This document shows positions 44,564 to 54,858 of a stretch of DNA of 64,000 nucleotides, piece by piece (position 1 is the stretch's first letter; every line of letters begins with the position of its first letter). Both the position numbers and the translations under genes were made by a program. The notes beneath the pieces are model-generated. The model saw only the letters and a program-made list of their open reading frames with translations, made no database searches and had not been told where the DNA came from. This stretch comes from an uncultured Eubacteriales bacterium (lineage in GTDB: Bacteria; Bacillota; Clostridia; Christensenellales; CAG-138): NCBI GenBank assembly GCA_902787375.1, contig CADAGD010000018.1, forward strand, positions 9,022-73,021, given 5' to 3'.

Positions 44564-45742
44564 CTACAGATTGAACAGCATGACGGCGAGCTTATAGAGC
44601 CAATTAGCCGCAATGCCCGCAAAAAGACCTCCGACGGTATGGGATATTATCGCCTTACCCGTCAAATATTTGAATCCAAGACTGTCCATCATCGAAACAT
44701 GTGTCGAGAGATAGCCGCTCCAGCACATACACATGGCGGTGAAAACAGCGACGTCATGCGCGTCGGCAAGCCCCGACGAGAGCAGATTCGGCACTATTCC
44801 CATTGCCGCCCCAGCGGAGCCAAGAGCCGTTATGGGGACAGATATGCCTCCTGCTGAAACAAATCCGAAAAGCGGCTTCAATATGAAGTTTATCTTGTCA
44901 GCGACTATCGGGAGCAGACCTATGCCCTCGTATGCCGCGCCTGTATACACCTCTGTGGAATTTGTCAGCATCATTACGACAGTGCAGATTATGACGACTC
45001 CGGGAATTATTCCAAGCCCAAGTTGGACGCCGCTCTTTCCTCCATCAAGCAGCGAGTTCATTATCCTCATGCTCAGCGTATTCTCCGATTCATGCTGAAC
45101 CTTCATCTCGGTCTTATCGGAGTCCTCAACGGCAGGAGCTTCCTTGCCGAAAACCTTCTTTGTAAATGAAAGCATTATGCGCGTTGAAACTATGCTTCCC
45201 AATATCGCCGAAAGATTGCCGACAAGCACGGCGGGCATAAGGCTTGTTCCCGCCGCCTTTTCCTGCCCCAGCATATATGTTGTGACAATGAGCCCCATTC
45301 CGAATGATGTACCTATATTGGTCAGCGCGGGAAGCTGGTATCTCTTGAAGAACGATTTAAATCCCTTATCGTCGGCAAGGGAGAGTATGGCGGGATTATC
45401 CGAAAGATACGTCGTTACAACGCCTAAGGCACCCGCGCCCGGCAGGTCATAGAGCGGTTTCATCAGCGGTGAGAGTATCTTGTTGAGGAGCCTTACGACC
45501 CCAAACTCATTGAACAAGGCCGAAAGCGCCCCCATCAATACCGCGATCGCCATTATATAGAAGCAGGTGTTCACGAGTATGTCAAACGCTGTATTCATGA
45601 GCGTGCTGAACATATTGGACAGCCCCATAGGAACCGCGAAAAGCGTGAAAAAGCCTATTATTATCGCTATACATATGAGCGCGGAGCCCCACCACGGAAG
45701 CAGCTTTTTGCGCCTGTTTATCTTGTATTTTTCTCTGTGCAT
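44564..45742 (-). CDS. Nucleoside-recognition (Gate) domain membrane protein, YjiH-like
   Basis: Polytopic ORF. The family assignment comes from recalled resemblance (LLNKILSPLMKPLYDLPGAGALGV...). The start is uncertain (45742 or 45766; the track start 45865 is unlikely). Confidence 0.55.
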   Translation of the reverse strand: MHREKYKINRRKKLLPWWGSALICIAIIIGFFTLFAVPMGLSNMFSTLMNTAFDILVNTCFYIMAIAVLMGALSALFNEFGVVRLLNKILSPLMKPLYDLPGAGALGVVTTYLSDNPAILSLADDKGFKSFFKRYQLPALTNIGTSFGMGLIVTTYMLGQEKAAGTSLMPAVLVGNLSAILGSIVSTRIMLSFTKKVFGKEAPAVEDSDKTEMKVQHESENTLSMRIMNSLLDGGKSGVQLGLGIIPGVVIICTVVMMLTNSTEVYTGAAYEGIGLLPIVADKINFILKPLFGFVSAGGISVPITALGSAGAAMGIVPNLLSSGLADAHDVAVFTAMCMCWSGYLSTHVSMMDSLGFKYLTGKAIISHTVGGLFAGIAANWLYKLAVMLFNL

Positions 45743-45894
45743 ATTCAATTCCCGCCTGCCTTTCATGGGGCTTTCCCGCAAAAAAATACAGCTCTCGACA
45801 AGCCCCATGCAAATAATACTCCAATCCTCATTGAAAAAAAAGCGAGTGTTTGTTATAATAAACATGAGAAAATTTCATGTCTGGAGAAGGTCAT

Positions 45895-46800
45895 ATGAAA
45901 TCCATAACAAATCCCGCCAAATATGCCGTGCTTCTCACCGTATCCGAAGCGGGCTCCCTCACCTCCGCGGCGGAGCGTCTTGGCTACACTCAATCGGGAA
46001 TAAGCCATATAATAGCCGACTTGGAAGCGGAATGCGGCTTTCCCCTCATACTCAGGAACAAGAGCGGCTCCAAGCTCACCCGTGACGGCGAAAAACTGAT
46101 AGAGCCGATACGCGCTCTCATACACTCACAGGAGCAGCTCACATCCGCCATTGACGAGATAAACGGACTTCGCAGCGGGCATGTGCGCGTCGGCATGTTT
46201 TCAAGCGTCGCGGTGCATTGGGCTCCCGAAATAACATCGGGCTTTACAAGCCTCTACCCCAACATAAAGCTTGAGCTTTTTTCCGGGTTGTACCACGAGA
46301 TAGAAAACAAGGTGCTTTCCGAGGAGCTTGACTGCGGCTTTCTGACAAAGCACACCAAGCAGAAGCTTGATTTTACAGAGCTTTCCCACGACCGTCTGCT
46401 CGCGGTCGTTCCAAGGGCGCATCCGTTCTCAAAGCTCTCACGTCTGCCCGTCAGCCTCATTGAGAAGGAGGATTTCATAATCCCCGGAGAGGGAACGGGC
46501 TATGATATAGGCGATATTTTTAAGTCCCGGCACATAACTCCCCGCGTGAAATACGCGCTCTCGGACGATTACGCCGCCCTTTCGATGGTCGAGCGCGGGC
46601 TTGGCATAACAATTCTCCCCGAACTGATACTCGAAGGCCGCGCCGATAACGTGTCCGTGCTGGAATTCGACCCGCCTTTCCACCGCACCATAGGGCTTGT
46701 TTCGCATCCCGGACGTTCCATATCCCCCGCCGCGAGGGCGTTTATGGAGTTTGTAAAGGACTTTGCCTCTCGGCACGGCTCCGATGCAAAGCCCGTTTAA
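45895..46800 (+). CDS. LysR family transcriptional regulator
   Basis: The HTH reads YAVLLTVSEAGSLTSAAERLGYTQSGISHIIADLE. GGAGAAGG lies upstream of ATG 45895. The gene is divergent from the membrane-protein gene. Confidence 0.9.
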   Translation: MKSITNPAKYAVLLTVSEAGSLTSAAERLGYTQSGISHIIADLEAECGFPLILRNKSGSKLTRDGEKLIEPIRALIHSQEQLTSAIDEINGLRSGHVRVGMFSSVAVHWAPEITSGFTSLYPNIKLELFSGLYHEIENKVLSEELDCGFLTKHTKQKLDFTELSHDRLLAVVPRAHPFSKLSRLPVSLIEKEDFIIPGEGTGYDIGDIFKSRHITPRVKYALSDDYAALSMVERGLGITILPELILEGRADNVSVLEFDPPFHRTIGLVSHPGRSISPAARAFMEFVKDFASRHGSDAKPV

Positions 46801-46979
46801 TAATATATTAAAATTCATGCAACCTTTTCACTCTCCCGTACGTTTAATAAAAGGAAAGCAGCGGGAACCGCATCGAAGAAAACCGGAAATGTCGTTTCCG
46901 CGCAGCTTTCGTAAATGACATTTTTGAACGTCCACTTGGTTTTCCATATCATACTGCTGCATATTCAAAGGAGAGCTCA

Positions 46980-47828
46980 ATGAAAAGAACAGTTTTGATT
47001 GTTGTGACGGCGGCGATGGCTGTACTTTGCGTCGGCTGCGCTTCCGAGAAGGAAGATCGTCAGGCATTATCAGACGATGTAAAAACATACGTCAGCGGCG
47101 AGGGAAGCCTTAAAGCAGATGCAAGTTTTACAGGCTGCATTGATGCCGCTCCTGTCATTTTTAAGGGCGTATGCGTTGAGAGCAATCTCAATGAGGAAAT
47201 ATTGGCCGCCGATTTAAGCGTCAGGGTCGCAAAGGTTTTCAGGGGCGACATACATGAAGATGATGTTCTGTTTGTCCGCGCCGACGACATATCCTTTGTC
47301 AAGGATGAGGAATACCTGTTTATGACAATACCGATGGCTTCGGTCTATGAGGATATTGAGCTGTATTATCAGGCTGACTCGGTTTTTCCAATGAAGGAGG
47401 GCGGCTCATATGAAGGCTATCTCAAGGATATAAGTGGACTCTCAAACGATGAGCTTACAGCTAAGCTTGAGGAATACGTTTCGGAAAACGAGTACAGGGG
47501 CGAATACAACATGCTTGGCTCATACTGCAAATCGGACGATGTAAACAAGGTATTCGATTTTTCCGATTGCGTGGTGAAGGTAAAGGTTAAGAGCGTTTTC
47601 CTTGACAGCATATCCGACAGAACAACCTATGTCTGTACCGTACTTGAATCCGTTAAGGGCAAAGCTTCGGAAGAAATAAATGTGACGGCTTTCAAGAACA
47701 GTCTGGAGGAGGGCAAGGAATATCTGCTTCTGCTCATGGGTTCCGAAGAGAACGGCTACACGATGTCCTCTAAAATAAGCGTGCTTGACGCCGATAGCGA
47801 ACAGTCAGCTTTAATACTCGGAGAATAA
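46980..47828 (+). CDS. Lipoprotein, function unknown
   Basis: MKRTVLIVVTAAMAVLCVGCAS contains a lipobox. AAAGGAGAG lies upstream. Confidence 0.7.
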   Translation: MKRTVLIVVTAAMAVLCVGCASEKEDRQALSDDVKTYVSGEGSLKADASFTGCIDAAPVIFKGVCVESNLNEEILAADLSVRVAKVFRGDIHEDDVLFVRADDISFVKDEEYLFMTIPMASVYEDIELYYQADSVFPMKEGGSYEGYLKDISGLSNDELTAKLEEYVSENEYRGEYNMLGSYCKSDDVNKVFDFSDCVVKVKVKSVFLDSISDRTTYVCTVLESVKGKASEEINVTAFKNSLEEGKEYLLLLMGSEENGYTMSSKISVLDADSEQSALILGE

Positions 47829-47851
47829 TAAAGAAATATGATGCTATAATA

Positions 47852-47882
47852 AAACGTCCGTCGGCAAAACAGACGGACGTTT
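47852..47882. terminator. Bidirectional intrinsic terminator
   Basis: AAACGTCCGTC...GACGGACGTTT lies between the lipoprotein gene (+) and etfA (-). Confidence 0.7.
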
Positions 47883-47905
47883 CAGTTTGGCTCAGTTCAG
47901 CTTGT

Positions 47906-48919
47906 TTATTTTGATTCTTTCATTGCGATTATCTTCTTCGTCAGCATGGGTATGACCTTATTCAGATCGCCGACCACGCCGTAATCCGCGACATTGAATA
48001 TGGGTGCTGTCTCATCGCGGTTGACGGCGACTATTATATCGGACTCCTCCATACCTGCGATATGCTGAATGGCTCCTGAAATACCTACGGCGATATAGAG
48101 CTTGGGTCTGACGGTCTTTCCGGTCTGCCCGACCTGTATCTCCTTATCCGCCCAGCCGGCGTCAACGGCGGCTCTGGACGCCGCGACACGTCCTCCGAGG
48201 GCGTCGGCAAGCTCGCGGAGCATATCGAAATTCTCCTTGGAGCCCATTCCCCTGCCTCCCGCGACGAGTATGTCCGCCTCGGAAATATCCTCTGATTCGT
48301 TGAACTTTTTGATAACGTCAAGAACCTCTATATACCTGTCGTTCCTCTCGAATTTCACTCCGAACGGAACCACTCTCGCCCTTCTGCCCTCCTCGCGCTC
48401 GGCTTTCTGCATAACGCCGGGGCGCACGGTCGCCATCTGCGGACGGAACTCCGGGCAGACTATCGTCGCCATCAGGTTTCCTCCGAAGGCGGGTCTTGTC
48501 ATAAGCAATCTTCCCGTTTCCTGCTCTATCTCAAGCTTTGTGCAGTCAGCCGTAAGTCCCGTATGCACCCTTGCCGAAACCCTCGGAGCAAGGTCGCGTC
48601 CTATTGTGGTCGCGCCGTAAAGAACAATCTCCGGCTTGAAAAACTCTATCGCGCTGTGCATCGCATGGGTATAAGGCTCCGTCATGTAGGTTTCAAGCGC
48701 GGGATCGTCAATAAGCACAACCGTATCCGCGCCGTATTCGCCCAGCTCATCGGCAAGCCCCGCAACATTATGTCCGCAAAGCACGGCGCAGATGCTTGTG
48801 TTGAGCTGTTTTGCAAGCTCCCTGCCCTTGCCGATAAGCTCGAAACTCACGGGAGCTATGACCCCATCCACCTGCTGAACAAACACATAGACTCCCTTAT
48901 ATTCGCTAAAAGATTTCAT
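47906..48919 (-). CDS. etfA: Electron transfer flavoprotein subunit alpha
   Basis: 337 aa with the C-terminal FAD-binding region LYIAVGISGAIQHIAGM. It follows etfB and bcd. Confidence 0.9.
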   Translation of the reverse strand: MKSFSEYKGVYVFVQQVDGVIAPVSFELIGKGRELAKQLNTSICAVLCGHNVAGLADELGEYGADTVVLIDDPALETYMTEPYTHAMHSAIEFFKPEIVLYGATTIGRDLAPRVSARVHTGLTADCTKLEIEQETGRLLMTRPAFGGNLMATIVCPEFRPQMATVRPGVMQKAEREEGRRARVVPFGVKFERNDRYIEVLDVIKKFNESEDISEADILVAGGRGMGSKENFDMLRELADALGGRVAASRAAVDAGWADKEIQVGQTGKTVRPKLYIAVGISGAIQHIAGMEESDIIVAVNRDETAPIFNVADYGVVGDLNKVIPMLTKKIIAMKESK

Positions 48920-48931
48920 TTTAACACCTCA

Positions 48932-49717
48932 TCAGATAACAAAACGCTCACGGAGCTTTTCCGCTATATAATCCGCCTCTGCCTCAGCGTCAAGCGTGAC
49001 GACCTCACCCTTGCCCTTGACCGCCTTCGGGAAGGACTCCTTTACCCTTGTGGGCGAACCCTTCAAGCCTATATTGGAGTCGTCAACCGGAACGTCGGGA
49101 CGCGTCCAGACAGTAACCTGCTTCTCGCGGTACGCGCTGAATATTCCTCCCGGAGTCATGTACCTCGGACGGTTCAGCTCCGTCAATGCCGTGACAAGGC
49201 AGGGCATCTTGACCCTTACGACCTGATAGCTGTTCTCGAACTGTCTTTTGACTATGAGCGAATCTCCGACCACTCTTATCTCCTCCGCGTAGCTGACATT
49301 CGGTATGCCGAGATGCTCCGCCATCTGCGGCCCGACCTGCGCCGTATCGCCGTCTATCGCCTGACGTCCTGTAAAGACTATATCATACGGAAGCTTCGAT
49401 ACCGCCGCGGCTATTGTGGACGAGGTTGCCCATGTATCCGCGCCTCCGAAAGCGCGGTCGCTGACAAGGTAAGCCTCATCCGCGCCCATGGCAAGTGCCT
49501 CACGCAGCACGGCATCCGCCTGCGCCGGGCCCATGGAAACCGCCCTGACGGTTGCTCCGAACTCATCCTTTATTCTCAGAGCCGCCTCCAAGCCCGCCTT
49601 ATCGTCCGGGTTCATTATGGAAGGCACTCCCTCCCTTATGAGCGTGCCTGTTTTGGGATCGAGCCTGACCTCGTTCGTATCAGGAACCTGCTTTATGCAA
49701 ACAACTATATTCAACAT
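48932..49717 (-). CDS. etfB: Electron transfer flavoprotein subunit beta
   Basis: 261 aa with the N-terminus MLNIVVCIKQVPD. Confidence 0.9.
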   Translation of the reverse strand: MLNIVVCIKQVPDTNEVRLDPKTGTLIREGVPSIMNPDDKAGLEAALRIKDEFGATVRAVSMGPAQADAVLREALAMGADEAYLVSDRAFGGADTWATSSTIAAAVSKLPYDIVFTGRQAIDGDTAQVGPQMAEHLGIPNVSYAEEIRVVGDSLIVKRQFENSYQVVRVKMPCLVTALTELNRPRYMTPGGIFSAYREKQVTVWTRPDVPVDDSNIGLKGSPTRVKESFPKAVKGKGEVVTLDAEAEADYIAEKLRERFVI

Positions 49718-49735
49718 ACTGTAATTCTGCCTCCG

Positions 49736-50875
49736 TCAATTAAGAAGGTTCCCCGAAATGACCATGCGCTGCACTTCGCTTGTACCCTCATATATCTCGG
49801 TTATCTTGGCGTCGCGCATCATGCGCTCGACCGCGTATTCGCGCGTATATCCGTATCCACCGTGGAGCTGTACGCACTTTGTCGTGACTTCCATTGCCGT
49901 TTCAGCCGCAAAGAGCTTCGCCATTGCCGCTTCAACGCTGTAACGCTTCTGCGTATCCTTCGCGTAAGCCGCCTTATAAACGAGCAGCTTTGCCGCTTCA
50001 ACCTTCGCCGCCATATCGGCTATTGCAAACTGCGTATTCTGGAACGCCGAAAGGGGTCGGGAAAACTGCTTTCTCTGCTTTACATAGGCTATTGTGTTTT
50101 CAAGCGCGCCCTCGGCTATGCCGAGTGCCTGCGCCGCAATGCCGATGCGCCCGCCGTCGAGGGTTCCCATGGCTATCGAAAAACCCTTGCCCTCGGCTCC
50201 GAGCATGTTCGTCCTCGGTATACGGCAGTCGCGGAATATCAGCTCATATGTCGATGAGCCCCTTATGCCCATCTTCTTCTCCTTGGTGCCGAAAGTAAAG
50301 CCCGGAGTACCCTTTTCAACTATGAACGCGGACATTCCCTTGGTTCCCTTGGATGGATCTGTCAGGGCGAATATGATGTATATATCGGCTTCCTTGCCGT
50401 TGGTTATGAATATCTTGCTGCCGTTTATGATGTATTCCTCGCCGTCAAGCACAGCTCTTGTGGCTACTCCTCCGGCGTCGGTACCCGCGCCCGGCTCGGT
50501 CAGCGCGAAGGCACCGAGCTTCTCGCCGGATGCAAGCGGCTTTAAAAAAAACTCCCTCTGATCCGCGGTTCCATACTTATAGATGGGATCGCAGCAGAGC
50601 GAAGTATGTGCGGATATTATTACGCCCGTCGTGGCGCAGCGTTTTGAAATCTCCTCGACGCATAGTACATATGTCAGCGAATCGCATCCCTGACCTCCAA
50701 ACTCGCGCGGTATGGGAATGCCCATAAAACCGTTTTTCTGAAGCTTAGCAATGGTTCCCCTCGGAAATTCCTCGGTCTCATCAACCTCGGCGGCGTAGGG
50801 TTTTACCTCGTTCTCAGCGAACTCAGAGAACAGTGTCCTCGCCATTTGATGTTCGGAACTGAACTTAAAATCCAT
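49736..50875 (-). CDS. bcd: Acyl-CoA dehydrogenase (butyryl-CoA dehydrogenase type)
   Basis: ACAD motifs are present and the C-terminus reads ITEIYEGTSEVQRMVISG. GGAGG lies 7 nt upstream of ATG 50875 (MDFKFSSEH). Gene order is bcd-etfB-etfA. Confidence 0.9.
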   Translation of the reverse strand: MDFKFSSEHQMARTLFSEFAENEVKPYAAEVDETEEFPRGTIAKLQKNGFMGIPIPREFGGQGCDSLTYVLCVEEISKRCATTGVIISAHTSLCCDPIYKYGTADQREFFLKPLASGEKLGAFALTEPGAGTDAGGVATRAVLDGEEYIINGSKIFITNGKEADIYIIFALTDPSKGTKGMSAFIVEKGTPGFTFGTKEKKMGIRGSSTYELIFRDCRIPRTNMLGAEGKGFSIAMGTLDGGRIGIAAQALGIAEGALENTIAYVKQRKQFSRPLSAFQNTQFAIADMAAKVEAAKLLVYKAAYAKDTQKRYSVEAAMAKLFAAETAMEVTTKCVQLHGGYGYTREYAVERMMRDAKITEIYEGTSEVQRMVISGNLLN

Positions 50876-50953
50876 AAATGCCTCCACTTTTATCGTTATG
50901 AACCGCAGGCGCTCACCCCGTGTATCCCAAGCCAAGCGTCTGCGTTCATTTAT

Positions 50954-50982
50954 ATTATAACCTTATTCCCACACTGTTTCAA
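50954..50982 (-). promoter_or_regulatory. Sigma-A-type promoter of bcd-etfBA
   Basis: On the minus strand: TTGAAA, 17 nt, TATAAT. The roughly 75-nt 5' UTR contains a long imperfect hairpin. Confidence 0.55.
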
Positions 50983-51012
50983 TCGACGAATCAAGTATAT
51001 TTATCAATCGGC

Positions 51013-51942
51013 TCAGCTTGTCGCTATAACGGCTACCGTGACAGCCGAGTTATTGTTCTGGGTGCGTTTGAGGCTCCCCGAAGCCGCAATAAAGAACATA
51101 TCCCTGTCCGGATGAACTATGAGGTTGGCGATGGCAAGCCTGACATCCTCAAACATGCGCCATTTTTTGAAGCGTTTATCCTCGTTGAGAATATCCCTCA
51201 CCGATATTATATCATCCAGCCTTTCAAGAGTTCCCGAAGGATCGAGCAGCATACTCTCAAGCTCATAATAAAAGCTCGCGCCCCTGACATATTCCTTTAT
51301 CCGTCCCTTGAGTTCCACGGCGTCGGAGCATTTTGCCGCCGTATCCCCGTCCTTGAGCGCGAGTATCTGCGCGGACGACCATGGCAGACGAAGCCTGTGC
51401 GCACTCCTTGAGAGTCTGAAAAACTCCTCCGCCCTCTCGGCTTTTTCTTCAGGATCGGAGCCGTCGATCGCGCTTATGACGTAGTTTATCTTATCCATCA
51501 TAAGCGTTCTTAATCCGTGCTTCTTAAGGAAGCATTCATACTGTTTTTTCGCTGCTGCGGCTATGCTTTCAAACTCCTCATTTCCCTTTGAGCAGGCAAG
51601 AAGCACAGCGGACGGCGCGTTATACTGGTTTGATTTCATATACCGTTTCAAGGCGGTATACGCCTCATCGTATTTCTCAATGCTGAAAACGCCCTCATCC
51701 CTTATCATCGCCGCAACCATAACTGGAGCAATCTCTCCTCTCGCGTACGATAATATGCCGTTCATATCCTTTAAGACGTCATAGCACCGCTTTATATCAG
51801 CCGCGCCGACCCGGATACCCGCCGATGCGATATACGCAGACGCTATTCCCGGCATGACATTTCCCCTGAAGCGCATGGCTTCATTGAATGCCGAAACATT
51901 CTCAAAAAACAGCTCCGTCCTTGTTACGATTTCGTCGTTCAT
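51013..51942 (-). CDS. Hypothetical protein (possibly DUF4003 family)
   Basis: GGAGGA lies 6 nt upstream of ATG 51942 (MNDEIVTR). The family guess is from memory only. Confidence 0.5.
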   Translation of the reverse strand: MNDEIVTRTELFFENVSAFNEAMRFRGNVMPGIASAYIASAGIRVGAADIKRCYDVLKDMNGILSYARGEIAPVMVAAMIRDEGVFSIEKYDEAYTALKRYMKSNQYNAPSAVLLACSKGNEEFESIAAAAKKQYECFLKKHGLRTLMMDKINYVISAIDGSDPEEKAERAEEFFRLSRSAHRLRLPWSSAQILALKDGDTAAKCSDAVELKGRIKEYVRGASFYYELESMLLDPSGTLERLDDIISVRDILNEDKRFKKWRMFEDVRLAIANLIVHPDRDMFFIAASGSLKRTQNNNSAVTVAVIATS

Positions 51943-52107
51943 CTGACATCCTCCTCTGTTTTTCATCATTATACCATGTCGAAAGCGATATTTGAATACG
52001 GCATATGTAAAGTATATGTAAAATATAAAAAAGCCGTCTGAAATAAAACAAGGCAGCTTTTTTAATTGTGCTATCACACAAATATAACTCAGCTCATAAT
52101 CTACACT

Positions 52108-52788
52108 ATGGAAACGAGCATAATTGTCCGAAAGAGAAGCAGACGCAAATTAAAGCATCGCGGACTGTTCGCGGCAGTCGCGGTGACGGCGTTGGCAGCC
52201 GCGGCACTTGGACTCATCAACTCCGCCGTGCGGGGGCCGCTTTTGAACGCCGCAAGGGAAAGCGCGGTAAACGCTTCCACACGCGCGCTCAACACCGCAG
52301 TTATTGAAGTGCTTGATGAAGGGCATCAGCTTCCCGAACTCACAAGGGTTCAGACGGACGACGCGCTCATAATAACCGCAGACGCCTCAAGCCTGAACTC
52401 GCTGATAACCAAAATCACCGCAAGGGCGCAGGAGCTTATATCGAGCATGGGTTCGGGAGGAGTTTCCGTGGATTTGGGCTCCGCGATGGGCTTTGTGCCT
52501 ACAGGGGGCGGAATGGATATCCGCGTCGGCTTTACCCCGAAGGGTTCGGTCACTCCGCATATCAGCGCGAATCTGCGCTCATCGGGCATAAACCAATCCC
52601 TGTTTTCGGTGGAGCTTACATTGACGGCGCATCTGCGCATATTCCTTGCCGGTATTGACGATGAGATGACCGTCAGCAACACGGTTCCGATATGTGAAAC
52701 GGTTATAGTCGGCAAGGTTCCGCAGGTTTACACCAATGTGGCAAACGAGGAGGATATGCTCAACCTCGTTCCCACAAGCCTGCCGTAA
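52108..52788 (+). CDS. yunB: Sporulation protein YunB-like
   Basis: An N-terminal basic region is followed by a TM helix. The C-terminal pattern is NTVPICETVIVGKVP. The start codon is uncertain because there is no clear SD. Confidence 0.6.
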   Translation: METSIIVRKRSRRKLKHRGLFAAVAVTALAAAALGLINSAVRGPLLNAARESAVNASTRALNTAVIEVLDEGHQLPELTRVQTDDALIITADASSLNSLITKITARAQELISSMGSGGVSVDLGSAMGFVPTGGGMDIRVGFTPKGSVTPHISANLRSSGINQSLFSVELTLTAHLRIFLAGIDDEMTVSNTVPICETVIVGKVPQVYTNVANEEDMLNLVPTSLP

Positions 52789-52791
52789 ATC

Positions 52792-54858
52792 CTATTCAGG
52801 TAATATGCTGCCCATTCCGGGAACGGACGGCTTTTGCGAATTGCCCGCGCTGAATCTTACAGGCAGCGAATAGACGCCTGTGAACTCATACGGTTCTCCG
52901 AAAGCGATAATATTTTCGCTCATAAAGCCGGCATGACCTTCATCGGTCGTTATGTAATGCCATTTGCCTATGCTCAGCCACGACGTCAGCTTTGTTCCCC
53001 TTGGCAGCGTCGTTATAAGCGTGCTTGAAACCGCCCACGGCTGTGAGCGCAGACTGCCGCTGCTTGCCGAAACCTCTCCGTCCATCAATGTAAACACTCC
53101 GTCAACCGGCGACGGAAACGCCGCTATTTCGGAATTAAGGAGCGTTATATAGCCCTTATTCCCATTCCATACCGCCTTGTACCAACCGTTATCGGTGACG
53201 CCGAGAATCTCAAAATATTCATTCTGCCTTACTATTCCGAGAACGTCCGAGTATATGTCCGGCTCGCCTCTCAGCACCGTTTTCTCCGCGGTGCATACGC
53301 CAAACGCCAATACCTTCCCGTCATCGGGAGCGTTTGTCGGCGTGGGTGTCGGCGTCGGTGTCGATGTCGGCGTGGGTGTCGGCTTGGGCGTTGGCGTCGG
53401 CGTGGGCGTCGGCGTCGGTGTAGCTGTAGGCGTCGGCTGCGCTGTTTCCGGGTTCGCCTCCGTTATCGAAACAAGTCGGCAATTCGGATAATAGAACGCA
53501 AGTATTTCGCTGTAGCTCTGATTGTAAATCCGCGCCCTGTATATGGCACCAAGCTGCGAGAGCCCTATTCCGTGTCCGTTTCTGGAGCTTATGAGGGTAT
53601 ATCCGTTCGACTTGGTCTTCCCCCAGTAGAGCTTGAGATTCTTTGTAAAACATCCCTTGGAGGACGAATAGCTGTCCCCGCTTCCGTCAAGGTCTGAAAG
53701 CTGATATGTTTTCAGATCCTTTATGTCGCAGTTTATGGAAACGGTCTTATTGGCTGTCGCCTTGCCCTTTGTGTACTCGACCACAGCCCCAATATGCAGC
53801 TTGCGCATATTCCTCGTCGTGCCGGAAACGGGATCGTAGGCATAGAGTGAGTTTATCGAAACCACCCTCTTGGGCGCAATGCCGTAACTGTCACGCGCCT
53901 TGCAGAGTATGAAATCCCTGAATCGGCTGCTGTCGCCTGTGCCGCCAAATGTTACCTCGACTATCTCCTTATGGCTGGCGGTTGTATCATTGTTGAACTC
54001 TATATCATCCACCGCCACGCCGTATGCCGGATCGAACACCGAGGAGCCGTACAGATGGGACGGGAGCGAGGTTTCACCTCCGTTTGTGTTGCTGTACTGC
54101 GCCGGCAGGAGCTTATCTCCGTCAAAAACAAGTGCCTTGCCCACGACGGCTAAACAGGCGGGCATTGTAGAAAGCCTGCTCTCGCTGTAACCGCGGTATA
54201 GCTGGTTCATGCTCACCGCGCTGTCATCCAGATCGTATTCGTTGCTCGGATCAATATAGTACATTCCGAATGTCTTTGCCGCAACAGCCTGCGCCTTTAA
54301 TGCCTCTTCCGGTGCGCTTGTTCCTATCTCATAGCTGACGATTCCGTATATGTAATAAGCAAGCGGAACCGTGTTTATCATTTGCACCTTGCCTGAGTTT
54401 GCCCCGAACCTGAAATTGCCAAGATAGCTCTTGCCGAGCGTTATGCTGTTCGCGCTGTAGGTCAATGTCGCATAGCCCGCCGTATAGCTGACCGCCGTCC
54501 TTGTAAGCTCAAGCGTGCTGCCTGAAGTCAAAAGCGCGTTTGTTGAGCGATTGTAAACCTTGACATTGCTGCCCGAAACGGAAACCTTTATCTTATAAGG
54601 GGAGCTTGCGGTTCCGCTCAGCACTCCCGAAACATTCGTAAGACGGTATCCGCCGATAAGGTCAAGATTTATGTATGAGGTGTTGCCCGTCGTGATAAGT
54701 ACTCGGATGGTGCTGAAATCCATCGTTATGGGCGGCTGTTTTCGTTCGGGGCCGTCGGCCTCGCGTGCCATTACTATTGCCGAAAAGCATGGCAGCATAA
54801 TAACGGCAAGCATGAATGCCGCCGCTTTGGTCAAAGCAGACCGTATTTTTTTATACAT
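52792..54858 (-). CDS. SpoIID/LytB domain protein with PT linker and C-terminal SH3-like repeats
   Basis: Signal peptide, SpoIID motifs AQAVAAKTF and NGHGIGLSQLGA, a (PT)n linker at about 53322-53440, then two SH3b-like segments. Confidence 0.8.
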   Translation of the reverse strand: MYKKIRSALTKAAAFMLAVIMLPCFSAIVMAREADGPERKQPPITMDFSTIRVLITTGNTSYINLDLIGGYRLTNVSGVLSGTASSPYKIKVSVSGSNVKVYNRSTNALLTSGSTLELTRTAVSYTAGYATLTYSANSITLGKSYLGNFRFGANSGKVQMINTVPLAYYIYGIVSYEIGTSAPEEALKAQAVAAKTFGMYYIDPSNEYDLDDSAVSMNQLYRGYSESRLSTMPACLAVVGKALVFDGDKLLPAQYSNTNGGETSLPSHLYGSSVFDPAYGVAVDDIEFNNDTTASHKEIVEVTFGGTGDSSRFRDFILCKARDSYGIAPKRVVSINSLYAYDPVSGTTRNMRKLHIGAVVEYTKGKATANKTVSINCDIKDLKTYQLSDLDGSGDSYSSSKGCFTKNLKLYWGKTKSNGYTLISSRNGHGIGLSQLGAIYRARIYNQSYSEILAFYYPNCRLVSITEANPETAQPTPTATPTPTPTPTPTPKPTPTPTSTPTPTPTPTNAPDDGKVLAFGVCTAEKTVLRGEPDIYSDVLGIVRQNEYFEILGVTDNGWYKAVWNGNKGYITLLNSEIAAFPSPVDGVFTLMDGEVSASSGSLRSQPWAVSSTLITTLPRGTKLTSWLSIGKWHYITTDEGHAGFMSENIIAFGEPYEFTGVYSLPVRFSAGNSQKPSVPGMGSILPE

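Noticed and set aside
45864-45878. ATGAGAAAATTTCAT palindrome in the LysR divergent region as a LysR T-N11-A box
   Set aside because: It is plausible, but a single short A/T-rich palindrome overlapping the likely start region is too weak to call without binding data.
48563-50257. 564-aa plus-strand ORF spanning etfA, etfB and bcd
   Set aside because: It is antisense to three genes with unmistakable Etf/ACAD motifs. The translation is Arg/Leu/Cys-rich low-complexity sequence typical of a shadow ORF, and there is no SD.
53322-53440. Short-period DNA repeats (also at 16459-16600 and 23797-23925) that could be mistaken for a CRISPR-like or tandem-repeat locus
   Set aside because: They lie in frame inside secreted-protein genes and encode Pro/Thr linkers. 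There are no unique spacers.
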